DNA from: a virus
Lineage: Duplodnaviria > Caudoviricetes
Strand: one strand, 5' to 3'
Length of the DNA stretch: 27,908 bases
IMG/VR virus record: IMGVR_UViG_3300047477_000084
Coordinates: 1 to 27,908 of that record
This document shows positions 9,102 to 19,300 of this stretch, piece after piece (the first letter of the stretch is position 1; each line of letters opens with the position of its first letter). The position numbers and the translations under genes are program-made. The notes beneath the pieces were generated by a model. It was not told the DNA's origin. It saw nothing but the letters and a program-made list of their open reading frames with translations, and did not search any database.

Positions 9102-10051
9102 GTATTTACAGCCGGCTGTATGATTTCATGGCGGGCGCAGTTGTGCGCTCGCAAGAGTTCGACGACGAATTCAATGCCATTGCTGCGGCCTCGCGCACCA
9201 CGATTCGGGCGGTGGATGAGGTGGCGACAGACCTGCCAAACGCGGCAGCACGCGCCAACAGGTTGATGTCTTTCGATGCAAGCGGCCAGCCACAGGCAAG
9301 CAATAGCGTGCCTGATCCGGTTGCCGATACCGATGTGGCAAACAAACGCTGGGTGCAAACGCTGGCGCTGTCAGCAACTATTCCGGTATTACCAGGTGAT
9401 AGTGGCAAGGTACTTGGCAACAACGGCTCAACGGTGCAATGGACTGCTACCGATACGCTGTTTCCGTCGATGGCCGGGAATGCAGGCAAGTTTCTGGGCA
9501 CCGACGGCACCACTCGCTCTTGGATGCGCCCCGTGATTACGATCACGTTCGACAATCGCGGCGACATGCGCAGCCTGTCTGGCGTTGACCTGCAGGCGTG
9601 GGTGCTGGTGGATGGGCTGGGCGTGTTTCAGCACATGGCCAGCGTGGATGAAGGCCCGGACGATGATGAAACCGCATTCCAGACCGCCAGCGGCTATTGG
9701 GTGCTGTCCTGCCCAAGCTGGGATGTGGTGGAGGCGCGGGCGTTGCAATCTGATGACCGGATAGCGGCTGCGGAATCCTTTACCAGCAAGATGTTTCGGG
9801 CCACATCCACGCAGTCGTCGTTTAGCCTGGCTGCCGGCAACAGTACGACATTCACGGTCAATGTGCCGGGTGCCGTGGTAGGGGCTTCTGTTATTGCCAC
9901 GCCGCCATCAGACCCTACGCATCCCGCCGTGTCGTCGTGTGTTCGCGTCACCGCAGCCGATACCGTTACCGTTTACGTCGGATATGGTGCGGCATCGGGT
10001 ACGGGCGGATTCGGCGCGGGCGATTGGCAAATTACGGTAATCAACAAGTAG
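9098..10051 (+). CDS. Tail fibre/spike protein
   Basis: TTGA overlap with the nozzle stop; N-terminal anchor EFDDEFNAIAAA, DPVADTDVANKRWV neck motif, two GK(V/F)LG..G....W fibre repeats. Confidence 0.72.
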   Translation: MSIYSRLYDFMAGAVVRSQEFDDEFNAIAAASRTTIRAVDEVATDLPNAAARANRLMSFDASGQPQASNSVPDPVADTDVANKRWVQTLALSATIPVLPGDSGKVLGNNGSTVQWTATDTLFPSMAGNAGKFLGTDGTTRSWMRPVITITFDNRGDMRSLSGVDLQAWVLVDGLGVFQHMASVDEGPDDDETAFQTASGYWVLSCPSWDVVEARALQSDDRIAAAESFTSKMFRATSTQSSFSLAAGNSTTFTVNVPGAVVGASVIATPPSDPTHPAVSSCVRVTAADTVTVYVGYGAASGTGGFGAGDWQITVINK

Positions 10052-10061
10052 AGGGAAACCC

Positions 10062-10715
10062 ATGTCCATGATTAAAGCATTGCGCACGCTGGCGGCCATT
10101 GAAAACGGTACGCTCAACGCAACGACGCTCGAAACGCAAGTGGCCGGCTCGCAGGCGCGCAAAGACGAAATCAGCCAGTTGTTGTCGGTCAAATCCCTGC
10201 ATGAACGCATCGCCAGTTCGCGTAATGCCATGGATGCCTTGGCCGGGTCGGCGACGGCCTGGGGTGAGGCGATGAAACACCGTTACATCACCAACTTCAT
10301 TGAGGTGTGTGTCGAAAGCGTCAACGCCAAGATGGCGCTGTTCAACAGCGATACGGCGCTCAACTTAATCAAGGCGTCGGCTGCCGCAATGGCGGCCATG
10401 CGGGCGGCAAGCCGATATTCAGTGGCTGGCGCCATTACCGCCAACGGAACCAATGGTGTGTTCATGAATGGCGTCAGTGGGTCAGCCAACATCATTCTTG
10501 GGGTCAGCCACGCAAACGCCACCTCTTATAGCTACACGCTATCCACGCTCCGCAGCGGTTCGGCGATCAGCGCTTCCGTTGCAACAGCATCCAGCAGCAA
10601 CGTACTTGGTAAAGACTTCGATATCGCCGTGCCGCTCACGTCGGCTTATTCATTCACGTCCGTAACGGGCAATTCTAGCGCGTCGTATTTTGGCGTTCTG
10701 CGCTGCGATGCTTAA
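10062..10715 (+). CDS. Hypothetical tail-fibre-associated protein
   Basis: GAGGG SD; helical N-terminus and Ser/Thr-rich beta C-terminus; lies between the fibre and a chaperone-like gene. Confidence 0.65.
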   Translation: MSMIKALRTLAAIENGTLNATTLETQVAGSQARKDEISQLLSVKSLHERIASSRNAMDALAGSATAWGEAMKHRYITNFIEVCVESVNAKMALFNSDTALNLIKASAAAMAAMRAASRYSVAGAITANGTNGVFMNGVSGSANIILGVSHANATSYSYTLSTLRSGSAISASVATASSSNVLGKDFDIAVPLTSAYSFTSVTGNSSASYFGVLRCDA

Positions 10716-10727
10716 CGGGGGCCAATC

Positions 10728-11123
10728 ATGAAACTCGTAATCCAAGGCGACAAGATCGCCGCGCTGGTCGGGGATGATTTTCCGACTCCTGATTTGCTGG
10801 TGGATGTGCCGGATGGCTTTGATATCAACCAGGCGCACCGCTTTCGCTACGACGCCGGCAGCGGCGACATCGTGCGGCGCGTGCCGGAAAAAGTCACTGC
10901 CCGTCAGGCGGTGCAGGCGCTGATATCCGTCAACAAGCTGCATCTGGTGCAGCCGGCCATTGATGCGATTGCCGACCCGGTGCAGCGGGCGATGGTGCAG
11001 GCGGAGTGGGACAAATCGCAGGATTTCGAACGCAACCGGCCAACGCTGATCGCTCTGGCGACGGCAATCGGCCTGGATGCGGCTGGACTGGATGCGCTGT
11101 TTGTCGCTGCGGAGGATTTATGA
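10728..11123 (+). CDS. Tail-fibre-associated (assembly chaperone-like) protein
   Basis: VP..VT.RQA..AL...EW....F.R..P....L...GL....LD.LF..A pattern, common downstream of fibre genes. Confidence 0.7.
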   Translation: MKLVIQGDKIAALVGDDFPTPDLLVDVPDGFDINQAHRFRYDAGSGDIVRRVPEKVTARQAVQALISVNKLHLVQPAIDAIADPVQRAMVQAEWDKSQDFERNRPTLIALATAIGLDAAGLDALFVAAEDL

Positions 11124-11563
11124 TCCAGTTGCTCTACACCCGCAACCACAGCATCAGCAGCGCCGCCATTCGCTTGGCCACTTGGGGCGAGTTCAGCCAT
11201 GTGGCGCAGATCGACGGTCAGCGAATCATTGAGGCCGTCGCAAAACATGGCGTGCGCGAAGCCAGCCGGGATGCTGCCATTGCACACGCCAGCCACTGGG
11301 CCATTGTCGAATATCCTCACGCCAACCCATCCGCCATGGTTGCCGCTGCTCGCAGTCAGATCGGCAAGCCCTATGACATGACCGGCGCGCTTGGCATTGG
11401 CCTGCATCGAGACTGGCAAGAGGATGACGCATGGTGGTGCTCCGAGTTGATCCCTTGGGCGGCGGCACAGGCGGGCGAACCGTGGTTTCAGCTGAAAGCA
11501 GCCCATCGCATTACCCCGCAGCACTTATGGATGCGCCATGGGCACATTGTTGCGACGGGCTGA
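11120..11563 (+). CDS. Permuted papain-like (YiiX/YaeF, NlpC/P60-related) enzyme
   Basis: GGAGG SD and ATGA overlap; His motif FSHV precedes GKPYD and the catalytic WWCSELI, ending ITPQHL. Confidence 0.85.
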   Translation: MIQLLYTRNHSISSAAIRLATWGEFSHVAQIDGQRIIEAVAKHGVREASRDAAIAHASHWAIVEYPHANPSAMVAAARSQIGKPYDMTGALGIGLHRDWQEDDAWWCSELIPWAAAQAGEPWFQLKAAHRITPQHLWMRHGHIVATG

Positions 11564-11591
11564 ATGGTGCGCGAATTATTCGGGTTCGATT

Positions 11592-11600
11592 TGCTATAAT
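11592..11600 (+). promoter_or_regulatory. Extended -10 sigma70-type promoter
   Basis: TGcTATAAT in an AT-rich intergenic gap; no -35 match. Confidence 0.6.
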
Positions 11601-11614
11601 GAGGTTATATGAAT

Positions 11615-11638
11615 AAGCCCGGTCAATCCGGGCTTTTT
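11615..11638 (+). terminator. Intrinsic terminator
   Basis: AAGCCCGG-tcaat-CCGGGCTT then ttt. Confidence 0.75.
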
Positions 11639-11657
11639 GCGTTTATGGGAGGTATGT

Positions 11658-12884
11658 ATGGCGGGTTTGGTCACAAGCCAGATGTCGAAGGACTGGAACG
11701 ATTATTGGGGCAACACCAAAACGGGGGATACCCAGGCATGGGGCAACGGGGCATTGTTTCGCAATGTTGATGGCAGCGCCACATACCGTTCCAAGAACGG
11801 TGTCGATACCAACTTCAACGCGGGCATGAGCATTGAGGATTTTGCCAAGTCGAACAGCGAAGTCGGCAATATTCTCTACAACAACTATGGCTACAAGGCC
11901 GGCGACGCGGCTGCCGTGCAGCCCGTGATGCCGACCATCACCACGCCATCGGTTACCAGTGCCACGGCGGCCACGCGCACGGTAGGCGATAACGAGTTGG
12001 TGTCGAGCCAGTTGCAAAAGCTGCTGGCAACAGATTCACCGTATCTGCAACAAGCTCGCAACAAGGCGGCGCAAACGGCAAACAGCAGGGGACTGTTGAA
12101 CTCCGCCATGGCGGCAGGATGGGGTGAGAGTGCGGCGATTGATGCGGCCGCGCCGATTGCGCAGGCCGATGCCGGCGCCTACACCAGCGCGGCGCGAGAC
12201 AATCAAAGCGCGCAGAATACGGTAAGCCTCAACAATGCCAGTGCAGCGAATCAGGCGGAAATGGCGCGGGCCGCAGCCGCCAATCAGGCATCCATGGCAG
12301 CGGCAAACATGCAGATGCAAGACCGGCTGAACGACAAGCAGACGAGCAACCAATATCAAACGCAGCAGGAGCAGAACAAGTTTGCTGCCGCACAACAAGA
12401 CAAGCAGAACGCCTTTACAGCCGCACAGCAGGACAAGAACCAGGGGTTTCAGCTGGAGCAGTTGAAACAGAACATGAACCTGGCTTACGACAAGATGACG
12501 GTGGATCAGACCAACGCCTATGCCAGCGGTTATCTGAACATCGTCAACAGCAATATGCCGCAGGCGGATAAAGAATTGGCGCTGTCCAGTTATTCGTCCA
12601 TTTACGGCTTTCATGACAACCTGGCTACCGGCACCAGCGTTGACTTGTCTGTACTGCCGGCGGCGCAATCCACTGTGAACAGCTACTGGGCCAGCGGCAA
12701 GGCTGGCGATGCCGGGGCGTGGGGCGGCGGCCAGATCGTGAACAACGGCAACGGGTCGGCCATCTACACCACCAAAGACGGTCGCACGGTGGCGCTGAAC
12801 AGCGGCATGAGCCTGGCTGATCTGGCCGCAACGGATAGCGAAGTGGCGGCCAATCTCAAAAGCCTTTACGGGTATGGCGGATAA
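11658..12884 (+). CDS. Candidate internal virion/ejection protein with a duplicated terminal domain
   Basis: GGAGG SD; SPYLQQAR..A...ANSRGLLNSAMA motif and Gln/Asn/Ala-rich coiled region typical of podoviral pilot proteins. Confidence 0.72.
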   Translation: MAGLVTSQMSKDWNDYWGNTKTGDTQAWGNGALFRNVDGSATYRSKNGVDTNFNAGMSIEDFAKSNSEVGNILYNNYGYKAGDAAAVQPVMPTITTPSVTSATAATRTVGDNELVSSQLQKLLATDSPYLQQARNKAAQTANSRGLLNSAMAAGWGESAAIDAAAPIAQADAGAYTSAARDNQSAQNTVSLNNASAANQAEMARAAAANQASMAAANMQMQDRLNDKQTSNQYQTQQEQNKFAAAQQDKQNAFTAAQQDKNQGFQLEQLKQNMNLAYDKMTVDQTNAYASGYLNIVNSNMPQADKELALSSYSSIYGFHDNLATGTSVDLSVLPAAQSTVNSYWASGKAGDAGAWGGGQIVNNGNGSAIYTTKDGRTVALNSGMSLADLAATDSEVAANLKSLYGYGG

Positions 12885-13018
12885 TGGCTGAACTGGCCGA
12901 ATACCAGCAGTGGCTGCGCGACGGCATCAAGGCGGGGGCAGCCGGCGATCCGCGTGAACGGTATCTGGCGCACCTGGCGCAGTATGGCGACGACGCGCCG
13001 TTCTATGGAGGCAGATGA
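12884..13018 (+). pseudogene. 44-aa ORF, probably a truncated remnant of the next gene's N-terminus
   Basis: TAATG coupling; MAELAEYQQWLRDGIKAGAAGDPRERYLAHLAQYGDDAPFYGGR resembles the next gene's DYQKDILSAVADANNPEHRYLKHLAPYAETGKLYLG. Confidence 0.55.
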
Positions 13019-13019
13019 C

Positions 13020-14498
13020 ATGCCAGACTACCAGAAAGACATTCTGAGCGCGGTAGCGGACGCGAATAATCCAGAACACAGGTACTTAAAGCACCTGGCG
13101 CCTTACGCCGAAACAGGAAAGTTGTATCTTGGCGAGTCGGGTGTTGCATATCAGCACCGCATTAGTGGCTCAAGCACCCCAATGTCGCTGGACGACAAAG
13201 CTGGAACAGCAACCGGCGCGGAGATTCTGGCGAATTGGCGTGAGTTCGCCAATAACAACCCGACATACGGAACAGACTCAAAATTCTACAACTCCCTCAT
13301 CCCTCTGGGCGAAGCGGCAAGCCCTACGGCGGACGCCGACAAGGCGTATCAATACATACGCAGCATGTATGGCAACGTGGAGTTAGACCCCGACAAGCTG
13401 TATTACACAAAACAAGAGTTAAAAGGGCTTTCTGACTTAAACGAGCAGATGGGCGACCCAAAGCGCAACGGTAAGCTGCTGCAGCCTTGGACTATCAACG
13501 AAGATGTGCCTACAGGCGGGTATAAGGTTACTGGCGTCAAGGAGGCACAGCAGCCGCTGGATAACTCCAAACTTGCAGGCATGGAACAGATACGGCCCGG
13601 CGAATTGGATAACGCCGTTGCAGGGCTAAAAGAACAGCTTGGCGGCGCGTTCAACGAAGCATGGGATAAGCAGTACGCGCCAAAGCTAGGGAGTCTTACG
13701 CCTGAGAAGCGGCAACAAGTCAGAGATACAGCAGAAAAGCGGTTCTGGGACAGCGTTGACTGGTCTCAGTACATAAAGTACGACCCATTTTTTGGTATGT
13801 ACGCACCGCTCGGATCAGTTAAACACGTCAACGATAAAGGCGTTGATTGGTTTACCGAACGCGTTGCGCCAATGATGCCAGCCATTGCGGCGGCTGTTAT
13901 TACAGGCAATGTGGCGGCCCCGGTTTCTGCTGCTGCTGGAGCCGCCGCAACGACTGCCGCTGGAGCCACGACAGCGACTGCCGCCGGTGCAGCGGCGGCG
14001 GGAACTGTCGCGGCTGGTGCAACTCAAGGCATCGTTGGTAGCGTTATTGCTTCTGCGTTATCTGGGTCAAAAATAACCGGCAAGAACATCTTAACAAGTG
14101 CTCTTATGGGCGGGCTGTCTCCATACGCAAATGCACAGCTCGCGCAATATCTTACGCGACCTGGAACCACTGCCCTGCTAGAGGCGATACGCCAAGCCGC
14201 AACCAACAAAGGCAGGATTGACCCGCGACTGGTATTAGCCACCGTGGCAGGCAGTGAGGCCACGCACTTTGCGGGCGATCAGTTCAAGAACGCCGGTCTG
14301 GCGGGCAAGTTTGCTGGCGGTGTGGCAGGCGGCGCAGTGCGCCAGGTGGTTGGCGGCGGGCAGGTTGATCCGGCTGCACTGGCCTTTGCCGGTGTGGGCA
14401 ATACCGGTGCCGCCGGTAGCATGATGGCGCGGGCTGCGTCCACTTATCAACGACAGCAAGCGCTGCGGCAATATCTGCAGCAGCGCAGGGGAGGGTAA
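13020..14498 (+). CDS. Candidate ejection protein with Ala/Gly-rich hydrophobic C-terminal half
   Basis: GGAGG 8 nt before ATG 13020; long Ala/Gly/Thr membrane-interacting-type segments. Confidence 0.7.
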   Translation: MPDYQKDILSAVADANNPEHRYLKHLAPYAETGKLYLGESGVAYQHRISGSSTPMSLDDKAGTATGAEILANWREFANNNPTYGTDSKFYNSLIPLGEAASPTADADKAYQYIRSMYGNVELDPDKLYYTKQELKGLSDLNEQMGDPKRNGKLLQPWTINEDVPTGGYKVTGVKEAQQPLDNSKLAGMEQIRPGELDNAVAGLKEQLGGAFNEAWDKQYAPKLGSLTPEKRQQVRDTAEKRFWDSVDWSQYIKYDPFFGMYAPLGSVKHVNDKGVDWFTERVAPMMPAIAAAVITGNVAAPVSAAAGAAATTAAGATTATAAGAAAAGTVAAGATQGIVGSVIASALSGSKITGKNILTSALMGGLSPYANAQLAQYLTRPGTTALLEAIRQAATNKGRIDPRLVLATVAGSEATHFAGDQFKNAGLAGKFAGGVAGGAVRQVVGGGQVDPAALAFAGVGNTGAAGSMMARAASTYQRQQALRQYLQQRRGG

Positions 14499-14501
14499 CG
14501 C

Positions 14502-15002
14502 ATGAGCGACGGTTACGATTACGGCGGTGCGCTGGATTTGTTTGATTTTGACTATGCCAGCGCGCCGGACAAGTTTGAGCAGGCAGCGCTGGGCAACAGC
14601 ATCGATATGGACGGATCGTTTGGCGACCTGGGCAACTTGAGCGACGACGAGTGGAGCGCGCTGTCCGGCTATTTTGAACAGAACCCTGACGCCATCGAAG
14701 CTCTTTATCGGCCGGGCATGCTGGACAAGCTGGCGAGTGGCGGCAAGGGTGTCGTGGACAGCATCACCAAAGCATGGGACGGGCTGGGTGCCAACGGGCA
14801 GCTGGCAGTTGGCAGCGGGCTGGTTGGCGTGGTGTCGAACTACATGCAGCAGCGGCAGCGGGATCAGGAACTGGATTCGCTCGTCGGCATGAAGGAGGAT
14901 GAATTCAACCGTGCGCTGACCCTGAAAAAGGCGCCGACCAACAAGGTTGCGGACGTGAATCACTTTAAGGGCATGGTGCAATCGTTGCGGGGGAGTCGGT
15001 AA
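14502..15002 (+). CDS. Hypothetical protein (candidate internal virion protein)
   Basis: GGAGG SD; acidic N-terminus and a glycine-zipper-like GQLAVGSGLVGVV segment. Confidence 0.7.
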   Translation: MSDGYDYGGALDLFDFDYASAPDKFEQAALGNSIDMDGSFGDLGNLSDDEWSALSGYFEQNPDAIEALYRPGMLDKLASGGKGVVDSITKAWDGLGANGQLAVGSGLVGVVSNYMQQRQRDQELDSLVGMKEDEFNRALTLKKAPTNKVADVNHFKGMVQSLRGSR

Positions 15003-15514
15003 TGGGGATTGTGGCGCAGGCAATGGGAACTCAGTCGGGAACTCAGTCGGGAACCCAGACTGGCGGCGAGCAGGGACAATGGGGCGCAGACAAGGTGCTT
15101 GGCACGGCGCGGATGCTGGCTTTTGAGATCATGTATTCGGATGGCGGCGGCAAGGCGCTGGAAGATCGACTGGCCGGCTCGCAAGATGTGCCGGGGGATG
15201 TGGCCGATATCGTGGGCAACGTCCTGTTTGCCACGCAGCAGAAGGCGCAGGCCAACGGTCGCATGATTCCGCCGGAGGTTATGCAGAAGCTGGCCATGGT
15301 GCTGGTGTTTGAGGTGTTGAACGTGGCAAGCATTATGGGCCTGATGGGCCAGGACGACGCCAAGCAACTGGCTAAACAAGTGTTGCCGCAGGCAATGCAG
15401 GCCTATGCCGCAGCCGGGCAACAAGGCGGGCAACAGCGCCAGCCGACGCCGCAACCACAGGGGCAGCAACCGCAAGGCGGGCTGGCCGCACAGGCAATGC
15501 AAGGAGGTGTGTAA
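15002..15514 (+). CDS. Hypothetical protein (candidate internal virion protein)
   Basis: TAATG coupling at both ends; Gln-rich tail. Confidence 0.72.
   Translation: MGIVAQAMGTQSGTQSGTQTGGEQGQWGADKVLGTARMLAFEIMYSDGGGKALEDRLAGSQDVPGDVADIVGNVLFATQQKAQANGRMIPPEVMQKLAMVLVFEVLNVASIMGLMGQDDAKQLAKQVLPQAMQAYAAAGQQGGQQRQPTPQPQGQQPQGGLAAQAMQGGV
15025..15060 (+). repeat. 3 x 12-nt coding tandem repeat (GTQS)
   Basis: gggaactcagtc gggaactcagtc gggaacccagac. Confidence 0.8.
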
Positions 15515-16308
15515 TGGCCGGTATTGTAGACGCGCTACTCGGTGGCGCGCTGGGCTTCTCCAGCGGGCTGGTGCAAAACGCCAAACAGCAGCAGCAAACC
15601 GAAGCGGAAGAGGCCAAGGAAACCCGCAGGCTGGGGCGAGAGGCGTTTCTGATGGAGTTGCGCAGCAAATACAACAAAGACGAAGCGGCCTATGGCGACC
15701 AGCTAACCCGTGGGCGGGCAGAGCATCAGCAGCAACTGCAACTGGATGGGCTGAATGCGCCGCAGGCCATTGAGGCAGAGCAGCGCAAACGGCAAGGAAC
15801 GCTGGACGACCACCGCGCCAAAAGCGGTATTGATTATGAGACCTGGGCCACGCAGAACGGTATTACCCACAAGCAGGCGCTGGAATTGCTGCGCCAGAGG
15901 CAGGACGGTGATCGTTCGCTGATGGCTATGCGGAATGCCGCCAAGGGCAAGGGTGGTGCTGATGACGATGATGCGATTGGCGACCCGGACTTTATTGGCG
16001 CGCGCAAGGGTTTGTATGGCTATCTGGGCATTGATGCCGGCGCCGACGAAGGCGAGATGCGCGCAGCCAAGAAGCGGCTGGGGCTGCCAGACAATGCGAC
16101 GCCCAAAGTGGTGCAAGAGGTGATGAAGGCTGCGACCAACGTGTACGCGGCCAACCCGAACTTGTCGCCAGACGAGGCGCTGAAGTTCGGTAGCGAAATC
16201 CTGTATGGAAAAATCAAGCTGGGTACGGCGCCTGTCGGCGGCAATGGCAGGCAGCTTCAGTACTTTACTGCCGGCGGGCGCCGTTACGGTTACGGCCGGC
16301 CAAACTAG
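15514..16308 (+). CDS. Candidate ejection protein
   Basis: AGGAGG SD; N-terminal LLGGALGFSSGL followed by a charged coiled coil, as in P22 gp20-like DNA-transfer proteins. Confidence 0.72.
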   Translation: MAGIVDALLGGALGFSSGLVQNAKQQQQTEAEEAKETRRLGREAFLMELRSKYNKDEAAYGDQLTRGRAEHQQQLQLDGLNAPQAIEAEQRKRQGTLDDHRAKSGIDYETWATQNGITHKQALELLRQRQDGDRSLMAMRNAAKGKGGADDDDAIGDPDFIGARKGLYGYLGIDAGADEGEMRAAKKRLGLPDNATPKVVQEVMKAATNVYAANPNLSPDEALKFGSEILYGKIKLGTAPVGGNGRQLQYFTAGGRRYGYGRPN

Positions 16309-16331
16309 ATATACCCATTCCCGTTTTCACC

Positions 16332-16362
16332 AGGCCCGGCACTCGTCGGGCCTTTTGTTTTT
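16332..16362 (+). terminator. Intrinsic terminator directly upstream of the giant gene
   Basis: AGGCCCGGC-actc-GTCGGGCCT then tttgttttt. Confidence 0.7.
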
Positions 16363-16372
16363 CTGAGGCCCA

Positions 16373-19300
16373 ATGTCCAAGAAAAAAACTGTATTCAACG
16401 CCTATGATCTGCTGAACTCGCCGGAAATGTCTGCCTACCTGGATCAGGTTGAGGCAGAAGAATCGGAAAGGCAGAAGCGGCGCGATGCCGAAATGGCGGC
16501 ACGTCAGCGCCGGAGCGGCAGCAAGCCGGGCCATTCTGTTTCTGATGACGAACTATCCGCCGATGACTTGAAGCGTGACAACATCCGCCAGACAACAGAC
16601 GATATTTCCGGCCGTGCAAACGATGTGTGGCAAGCGCTCAAGAGCGGTGGCGCGCAACTGATTCAGGGTGCTGGATGGCTGGCGAACGAGGCCGGCGCGC
16701 ATGATTCTGGCCAGTTCCTGCGTGACATTGGCCAGATCGGGGAAGATCAGGCGCTGGCTAACATGACGCCAGCCGGGCGTGAGGCGCAGAAAAACGGTGT
16801 ATTCAAAGAGGACTTGAGCGGCGTCAACGATGATTGGGGCAGGGGCATGGCTCAAGGCATTGCTGGCTCTGCAGTGCCGTCGATTGTGGGGGCTGTGTTG
16901 GGCGCTCCGGTTGCGCGTGGCATTGGTGCTGCAGGCGAGGCGTTGCTCGGTCGCGCAGCGGTATCGGAGGGTGCGCTTGGTTCGGTATTGGATGCCGCAA
17001 TCAAATATACTCCGGCTCCGGTTATGCGATTGGCGGGCGCATTGCCTGGCGCTGCTGGAGCTGGTGCTGGCGAGGCGGCGGTTACTGGCGCGACCAATGG
17101 CGCGCAGGCTTATCAGGAGGTGATGGATGCGCCGATTGAGTCGTTGCGCAAATCGACGGTATTCCAGAGTCTGAGCAAAGAGCTTGGCAGCGAGGATGCG
17201 GCACGCAAGGCCATTGCCGACCGTATGTCGATCCAGACCGCAAAGGACACTGCGCTGTCTACCGGCCTGATTGGTGCGGCAATGGGTGGCGGCGCGGTGG
17301 GGTCGCTGCTGAACAAGTTTGCCGTCAAGCAGGGGGCGAATGAAGTTGGCAGGCTGGGCGCCAAGGCAGCGGCAAAGGAAGTGCTGAAAGACGGCGCCAA
17401 GGAGTTTGCAGAAGAATTTGCGCAATCCGGCCCGGAGCATTACCTGCAGAATGCTGCCAAGCGTGACTACCTTGACCCTACCATTGACCCATCCACCGGC
17501 ATGCTGCGCGCTTCGCTGGAAGGTGGCGTGGTTGGCATGGGGCAGGGCATGGGCATGTCAGGTGGCGCGCATGCCGTGAATCGCCTGCTGGCACGCAACG
17601 AACCGCAGCCAAGCCAGCCAGCCAACACGCCGCAACAGCAACCCAACACCAAGCCATCCAGCACCCCAAAATCTGCCGCCAGCTACGACCCTATCGCCCC
17701 CAATCAGCATGCATTGCTGCGGCGCATGGGTATCGATGCCGATCCGGTCGCAGATGAGGCGGCGGCATCGGTGGAATCCATTTTTGGCACTGGCGACCCG
17801 ACTGCCGGGCTAGTGGCCAGCGTAATGCGCGGCGATGCGATGCAGCCGATTCATGACATGGCGGCGGTGCGCGCCAATACGGTGTTGCCGGTCGGCTCGA
17901 ATGAGGGCGGGCTGTATGAGCCGCAATGGCTGCCGGATGCCGCCAGCGGGGAATCTGCCAACGGCATGCGGATGCCGCGCCGTGGCTTCGACTCGCAGGA
18001 GCAACTGATTGCCAATGCCGGCATGGATGCGCAAGACATGCAGCGCAAGGCGGATATCGCCAGCCAGGTTGATGCTGCATGGGCGCAGCAACAAAACCCG
18101 GTTCAGAAGGCCCGCGAACTGGAATCGCTGGCGCAGGAATCGGCCGTGCCGGTGGCGATTGATCGTGCAGAACAGTCGAACCAGATCAATCAGGCGCTGG
18201 CGAATGCGGCCGGTGATGGCGTGGCGGTGCCGAATGCGATGCAGCTTGCGCTTCAGCGGGCAAAGGCAGGAGGCGAAGCAAAACTGGATGGTGTTGTCGA
18301 TGTAACGCCACCTGCAAGCGTTGAGAGCAAAGCTCCGAACATTTCCAAAGAGGCTCCGAACACTTCAGATCAGGCCCCGAACATTTCCAGCGAGCCGGCA
18401 CTAACCATGCAGCAAAACGAGCGCGGCCAGTGGATGATCAAGGGCGACATGGCGCAGCACGCCCAAACTATCCGCGATGCGTTGCCAGGCACAAAGCTGG
18501 TGGTGTCGCAGAAGAGCGGGCAGGCGCTGGTGCAAATGCCGGCTGACAAGAACACCGGCAAGCAGGGCAAGGCGATCCGCAAGGCGCTGGATCATCTGCT
18601 GTTGAGTGGCGAACAGCTTGCCGCACGCGACCAGCAGCGCGCCGACGCCAGCGAGCGCGCCAAGGCAGCCAACAGGCATGCGCAGCAGATTGACCCTGAG
18701 CGTGACGACATTGTGAACGCCGTGGCCAAGCTGGGCGGCATCGATACTGAGCAAGCGCTGTCTGAATGGTGGCGTGGCCAGCGCGAGACTGTCGGCCATT
18801 ACAATGCCGAGGTTCCGGGCAATCTGCGCCGTCAGGGTGTGTTTGCCTTCAAACGTGGCGGCATGACTATTGACGACATGGTGCGGCATCTGGAGGGCGA
18901 AGGTTATTTGCCACACAACGCCACGCCAAACGATCTGCTGGACGCACTGGAAAACCGCAGCAAGCACCCGGCCGGCTATGAGGCAGATGCGCGCCGCGAA
19001 TTTGATGCCCGTCAGCAAGAAGAGCAGGCCAATGCACCGGGCGAGTTTCAGCAGGCGTATGATGAGGGCGGGTTTGCGGATGAATTTACCAAGCGCGAAC
19101 TGGAAGAAGAAACCGATTATTTTGAGTTGAATCGCCAGAATCGCGAAGCCGCAGAGGATGCCGCAGCGACGGCAAAAGCGGCCGCACTGGACGCCCTGAT
19201 TGATAACGCCCCGGTAATCCCAAGCCGGCCGGGGCCAGTGACAGAGGAAGAACTAGATGCCATCTTCGGCCAACAATCGAGAAACGCCGCAGCAGAAGGC

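Noticed and set aside
12884-13022. Programmed frameshift fusing the 44-aa ORF to the 13020 gene
   Set aside because: No slippery site seen; 13020 has its own GGAGG SD, and a fusion would duplicate the same segment
16830-19130. Other alternate-frame ORFs in the giant gene (16830, 16834, 18009, 18870)
   Set aside because: Arg/Trp/Cys-rich shadow composition and no convincing SD, unlike the three retained nested candidates
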